Assembly: GCA_964016885.1 (NCBI GenBank)
Contig: OZ024741.1
Span: forward strand, 289,416,001-289,480,000
Length of the DNA: 64,000 bases
From: Eledone cirrhosa
Taxonomy: Eukaryota
Direction: 5' to 3'
Shown here: positions 58,280 through 64,000 of the stretch, piece by piece
Numbering within the stretch: position 1 is the first letter of the stretch
Layout of the letters: each line of letters opens with the position of its first letter
Notes under the pieces: model-generated
Told to the model about the DNA's origin: nothing
Databases searched by the model: none
Seen by the model: the letters and a program-made list of their open reading frames with translations, nothing else
Made by a program: the position numbers and the translations under genes

Positions 58280-59319
58280 GTATATATATATATAGGAGAC
58301 AATATATATATATATGAATGACATGGCTTGTTTGCATAATTGCAAACGAATCGAATGTTATTATTAATATTCGAAAAACTCAGATTACATTTATATATAT
58401 ATATAGCATAGGTCACAATACTAGGACTAGTTGCATCTCAGTGTACTCAATAGGTAATGTAAAATTCACTCCCAGAGTATACACATAGTTATTCGCTTCA
58501 ATACAAGACACGTAAACAGGTACCTATAGTAGTGCCCGAACTCGAGTTTCTGCCACAATTAATGCAGCAGTAGGGATCACTGCACCCTCTGTCCGCATAT
58601 ATTATGCAACAATGCATAATCGGCGCATGTGGCTTAATCAGCGGATTTCGCCTAATCAATAACCAATCGATCGACAGAATTCGACTCCATTCCGTGCCGG
58701 CTATGACTGCTAGTGACAGCCAACACAGAAAAGTGATTAGCAACTGGAATCTGATACAATGCTGTCCCCGGCCGGCCACCGATTTATAAATTTACATGAT
58801 GGCAGGAGATTAGAAATCAAATAGTTCTGCTCCCGTCATAAGCTCACAGCCAACGTGTCTCAAACACAAATTAATAAGTTAGTGAAAAATTGATTATTAG
58901 AAAAAGCAGTTTCACATCGCTGTATAGTAGAATGGTAGCATTCGCCTCCAGTCTCCAAGTCCCATGGCGATAGTAACAGTGGTAATACCTAGAACCTTTA
59001 TCGGACATTAAATGCCAACAGCTATTTCACAACGATATAGAGTAGAGCGCTGGTTAGCGACCAGCCACGTGCGTAGACCAGTCTATTTCACAACTTATAC
59101 GATTCAATATGTGAGTGAGAGAGAACATTTATAGCAGGAATTAGAGCGCATATCAAAACAAACCAATAAAAAATGTGAAAAATTGTTTAACTTACTCTCA
59201 TTAATCTGCTAGTTGACGGACCCAGCATAGGTATCAATGCTAGGACCAGTTGCATCTCAGCGTACAGTGGGGCAATGTGGTCAGTGGAAATTCCACTCTA
59301 GAGTTCTATAGAGTTTCTG

Positions 59320-60153
59320 TGCGTCAGCGAAATCGAACTAACCGTCAGTTCCGATGGACTTTCAATCAGGGGACTCTGGATAACCCCAGACATCCCTGGA
59401 TGGCAATTCTACCGGAAGGCAATTCCGGTTCGAGATAAAATCTACAGGCACGAAAGTGCTGTCAGATGGGCCTGACCGAGATGCGTGCGGAACGACGAAA
59501 CCGTTCTGCGCACACTCTACCAGCATTACTGACTTGTAGATTTATGTCGGACAGCTGTTGTCCCGTGTAGGACGGATCCAGCTATCGACTGAGTCCATAG
59601 TGAAGATCGGCCCACCGCTTTCTTTTGGCCGGAAAGAGTAGGCAATTTTCCTGTCCTGTGGCTGGAGCGAAAGATATTATGCCGTGGAGCAGGTTGAAAG
59701 GATTGAAGACAGACATCTTTCTCTTCAGCCAATCCCTCATCAACGTTTCAAGTGAAACTTGAAATGGTAGATGAGGGTGGAGAGATAAGTGTTACCTCCA
59801 CCCCAGTACATTTGCTAAAAGGTGGGTAAATGTTGCAAGAATGAGCCGTGTGAATGTGCTAACTCTGAACAGGTGCCTGTATGCGGTTTGATTTGAGGGG
59901 AAGAGGCATGTCATTCCGGGTGCTCTTAAAGCGTCGGGTGGTTCATTCAAGATTGGTAGGGTACCATAATCGCCCCTGCATGGTTCTCCCAACTATTGGG
60001 GAATTTTAATTGCTGTATTTCTTTTGATAATTGTTATTGTTTTTATATATATCATATTTTCATGTTTAAATATTTGTAAAACCACCACTGTCCCAGTCTG
60101 TTGAATTACCCTCTATATGTCGGCCCTTGTGGCTAATAAACTAAACATTATTA
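59320..60153 (+). pseudogene. 3' end of an L1/Tx1-clade LINE (zf-RVT region, C-terminus, 3' UTR)
   Basis: WQFYRKAIPVRDKIYRH...PRCVRNDETVL and TFAKRWVNVARM. The 3' UTR ends AATAAA...(ATT)n. Confidence 0.7.
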
Positions 60154-60359
60154 TTCTCTCCTCTACGGTCAAGCCTCTGCCATTTTGTTAACAAATGCTA
60201 TCGAACCTGTAGAAGCTTAACCTTAAATCAAAGAATCCGTAAAATCCTATCTAATATATATTTTTCTTAAGTACAGTGTACGATTAAGCTATTCACATTT
60301 CTTTATCTCTATTAGGAAATATCAAAATGTTTCGTTTGTGTCAGTGTTAAACACAAACA

Positions 60360-60420
<61 letters not shown>

Positions 60421-60439
60421 GTGTATATATATATATATA

Positions 60440-60758
60440 CAGGGTGTCCCCCCAAAATATCTACGCACTTCAACAGCAGAAAAATGCATCAAAATAAATT
60501 CTGTTTCATATTCATTGCGACGCGCCGCAGCCTTCGCGGCGTCGTCGTCTTTCCGCTTGGTCGTTTCTTTCTGCGGCTTCCTGGCCTTGTGCCAAAAGTA
60601 GAAACAATTATTTAAATTATGTAAAAAAATGTTGGGTGTTACATACAATTGAATTATGCCTGTAGATCTTTTTATTTTGTGGGAAAGACTGTTCATTCTA
60701 ATAAATATTGCCTGTACAGGTAATCATAGTCAGTATACATTTTGGTGGGACAGCCAGT
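60440..60758. mobile_element. Tc1/mariner-type MITE, longer relative of 6640-6736
   Basis: TA|CAGGGTGTCCCCCCAAAA ... TTTTGGTGGGACAGCCAG|TA, with a shared internal 33-mer. Confidence 0.6.
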
Positions 60759-61150
60759 ACATGTACATATATATATATACAGTACATGTACACACACTTA
60801 TATATATATATACATATGTATTTGAGCAAATATATAGAAACACAAACAAACACACATGTATATGCATATGAATATGTCTATGTGTGTATATAAAAAGCCA
60901 TACATACACACATATTTAAAATATTGAAATATAGAAGCATGTTGTACCTACTTACCTACTTACTCTTAGGTGGACTTACAACTGAGTGTTTTGGCAATTG
61001 ACATAGGGCAGTTATGGTTAGAGTATACATACCACTGACCTCGCGTTCGGTCCCTGATCTACTTTATTCACCCAGACGCAGAAAGGACACACAGACACAG
61101 CATGCACAGACGCGCACACACAGTTACACACACATACATACGTACATACC

Positions 61151-61185
<35 letters not shown>

Positions 61186-61186
<1 letters not shown>

Positions 61187-61285
61187 AGTTCAATCGGGGA
61201 TAACCACAGTAAGTAAGGTACTCAATACATAGCATAGAAGATAATTTCTCCCGAATGAAACAGTTCTAGTTCTGTAGAAGCCATT
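61186..61285. mobile_element. Rearranged family B fragment
   Basis: An inverted tail segment is joined to CGAATGAAACAGTTCTAGTTCTGTAGAAGCC, compare 19975-20156. Confidence 0.6.
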
Positions 61286-61299
61286 TATATATATATATG

Positions 61300-61509
61300 T
61301 AGGAAAAAGTATGACCCCCGACGGTAGAGCTCAAGCCGTTTTGACGGCTATTTCTGGACTAAATTCTAATTTAGTCCAGAAATAGCCGTCGAAACGGCTT
61401 GAGCTCTGCCGCCGGGGTCATACTTTTTCCTATTTCCCACTCTACTACCCTAAGTATTGAGTACTCTGGTGCGTTATGGTCCATCTGGTTCCTTACCACA
61501 ATTCCTTTG

Positions 61510-61511
<2 letters not shown>
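61300..61511 (+). mobile_element. Fold-back element (family C, copy 2) with the 3' half of a hammerhead
   Basis: Arms at 61300-61365 and 61368-61432, GAAAC at 61391, then tail and (TA)n. Confidence 0.7.
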
Positions 61512-61546
<35 letters not shown>

Positions 61547-61594
61547 TGTATATATACACACACACATATATGTATATATATATATATATGTGTG

Positions 61595-61672
<78 letters not shown>

Positions 61673-61674
61673 TG

Positions 61675-61761
<87 letters not shown>

Positions 61762-61767
<6 letters not shown>

Positions 61768-61995
61768 ATCTAGGGCGAGTAACATTCCCGAGATCCATGA
61801 ACGAGTTCTCTCCAGCGGTCTCTGTCCCTCATTATCGCTGCCATGTCCTGCGTCTCCAACAGACCAGTGTCTGTCCTTAGGGCATCAACATACGTTAACC
61901 TTGGTCTTCCTCTTCCAGTGTGTCCATACAGGGACTCCCACAGCAGCACTGAGTGCAGTGTCAACTCTGGATGTCGGTGAGCATGTCCAGCTAAC
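61762..61995 (-). mobile_element. 5'-truncated copy of the RTE element (last ~225 nt plus TAGA tail)
   Basis: Near-identical to 48438-48664 ([20 protein letters not shown]...HGSRE). Inserted in TA/CA repeats. Confidence 0.95.
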
Positions 61996-62033
61996 ATATA
62001 TACGCACACACACACACACACACATACACACAC

Positions 62034-62106
<73 letters not shown>

Positions 62107-62337
62107 TACATATATACATATATATACACACACACACACACATACATATATATATATATTAGCCGATCTAGCTTATATCCCCCCAAAATGAGATTTTGGC
62201 TTCAGTTTAATATATTTTATTACTTCTATGAGTAAATAACTTATTAATATATCTTATCCTTTCATTGAGATATTTACGTATTAGAGGCAGTTAACTTTAT
62301 AAATTAATATTGACTGCTCCATCATTGTTGATCTGAT

Positions 62338-62770
62338 TTAGACGGATTTTGCTGCTATTTCCAGCGTCAGTATTAACCCGTCGTATTGTCTTAATACATT
62401 AAGTGGGATACATTCATATGGTAATTCAGCGATGGAACACGTTGTTTCACCATGCGATCTAACAACGGCATGGAATGTATTATATATATACTCAACTTGC
62501 TCCATATTCCTAAGAAAGAAATCGCCTCCCGAAGAAGGAACTGAAATTCTTCCAATATTGGTTATTCCGATGTCTTGTAATGACATTGTTGTGTCTTCAG
62601 TTTCAGAAACCATTTTCGGGAAACTGTATAATTTAAACAGAAATTTTAGCTGGTCTAGCTTATATATCACAAACAAATGTCTTTAGATAAAAAATAACAG
62701 GTCCATTCATGTTGACATCTCTTGCAAAACTTTTGGTGCTGGCGTTTTGTGTATGATTTGTTTTTTTTAT
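62338..62770 (-). pseudogene. Non-repetitive ORF remnant with a UBX/ubiquitin-like signature
   Basis: FKLYSFPKMVSETEDTTMSLQDIGITNIGRISV resembles the UBX C-terminal pattern FxLxxxFP+xxxxxDxxxSLxDxGL. The upstream part is out of frame. Confidence 0.35.
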
Positions 62771-62798
62771 AGAAAAGTGGATGATGGAGCGTGTCTAC

Positions 62799-62936
62799 AA
62801 CACAGTAAAGAGAGAAGAACACAGATATATATATATATAGATATATGTGTATTCTCTCTTTACTGTGTTATAAGGTTCGGAATTTTTTTCGTTGGGCTAA
62901 TTTGATTATAAAGGACTATTGACTTTTTAACTCAAC

Positions 62937-62940
<4 letters not shown>
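62799..62940 (+). mobile_element. Fold-back element (family D, copy 2)
   Basis: Arms at 62799-62816 and 62852-62869. Tail GGTTCGGAA..GCTAATTTGATTATAAAGGACTATTGA..TAACTCAA is similar to 14288-14355. Confidence 0.55.
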
Positions 62941-63002
<62 letters not shown>

Positions 63003-63053
63003 AGCGCGATCCATGTTTCAAAAATGAGGCTTATTTCAAAGCACATAGAATAA

Positions 63054-63640
63054 TCTATATATATAAAACTGTGGTTGTCTGTCTGTCTATCGATTTTTGG
63101 CACACATCTCCTCTTAGAATCTCTCACGGAATTGCACCGAAATTGCTATACTTGTACATTGAGCCCTAGCGAAGACATCGGAAAAAAAATATTTCAAATT
63201 GACCCGCCCTATCTGACGAAATCGAATATAATGTATCGATTTTTGAGCGTAAGTGATCAGTTATTTCCCTTTGTTCTGTTTACATTGAGCGTCTGCGTGC
63301 AAAAATTAAAAAAATTACGCTGGCTTTCTCAGCGTTTAAAATGACATTAACACACTGCAAAATTCATCAGTTCGAACACTAAGCTTCCGTTTTGCTTCAT
63401 TTCCATTTAAAAGCCTTTTAAAACAATATTTTTACTCGAAAACAAGTCTATTTAAAGACTACGTAAAACAAGCAAATATTTCGTAAAAAAAAGCAAAAAT
63501 TATATAAGTTTATTTAAAATATATGTATCTGTAAATTTCGTTAGGCGTGCAGACAGACTTTAAGCCAAAAAAGAAACTTAACATTGTAACTTTAACACAG
63601 CTACTGAACGACCCCGAGCAACGCCGGGCTGTATCTGTAA
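63054..63640 (+). mobile_element. Non-autonomous Helitron-like element with a disrupted 3' end
   Basis: A|TCTATATATATAAAACTG start and hairpin CCCGAGCAACGCCGGG at ~63613-63628. No terminal CTAG is seen. Confidence 0.65.
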
Positions 63641-63650
63641 ATTTCGTTAG

Positions 63651-63829
63651 GCGTGCAGACAGACAGTCGTGCAGACAGATAGTCGTGCAGAGAGGTGATA
63701 TACGCGTGCAGACAGATAGTCGTGCAGAGAGGTGATATACGCGTGCAGACAGACAGTCGTGCAGAGAGGTGATATAGGCGTGCAGACAGACAGTCGTGCA
63801 GAGAGGTGATATAGGCGTGCAGACAGACA
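63651..63829. repeat. 36-bp minisatellite (GCGTGCAGACAGACAGTCGTGCAGAGAGGTGATATA-type)
   Basis: About 4-5 tandem copies. The seed TGTATCTGTAAATTTCGTTAGGCGTGCAGACAGAC is duplicated at ~63523 and ~63630. Confidence 0.85.
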
Positions 63830-64000
63830 TAACTGATAATTTGGTTACGCTAATGTTTTTCTCTGCGTTGCAGTGTTTACATTTTCGATCTTTGTTAATA
63901 AATAACCAGTGCAGTTTTTATCCCCAGCATCCTATTTTGTTATAACATTCGGGTTATCGTTATGTTTTCTTAACTTCATAAGGCATATTGTTGGTTGAGG

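Overview
AT-rich, microsatellite-saturated eukaryotic DNA. The SINE, LINE and low-complexity make-up suggests an octopus-like cephalopod (inference). No intact host gene is recognisable. The window contains one intact RTE-clade LINE (1044-codon APE+RT ORF) plus a 5'-truncated sister copy, and decayed RTE, CR1-like and L1/Tx1 LINEs. It also holds about 8 copies of a tRNA-type SINE, three non-autonomous Helitron-like elements, hAT and Tc1/mariner MITEs, and a ~17-kb 48-bp tandem array. Three signals stand out. (i) Several short non-coding elements embedded in (TA)n carry type-I hammerhead ribozyme cores and fold-back or direct terminal duplications, a Penelope-like/retrozyme architecture. (ii) A 2.3-kb TA-flanked composite carries BACK-like and SGNH-like ORFs. 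(iii) A start-less, stop-free ~5,776-codon Thr-rich frame runs along the minus strand of the array. All protein-family and ribozyme calls come from motif recognition by eye; no searches were run.
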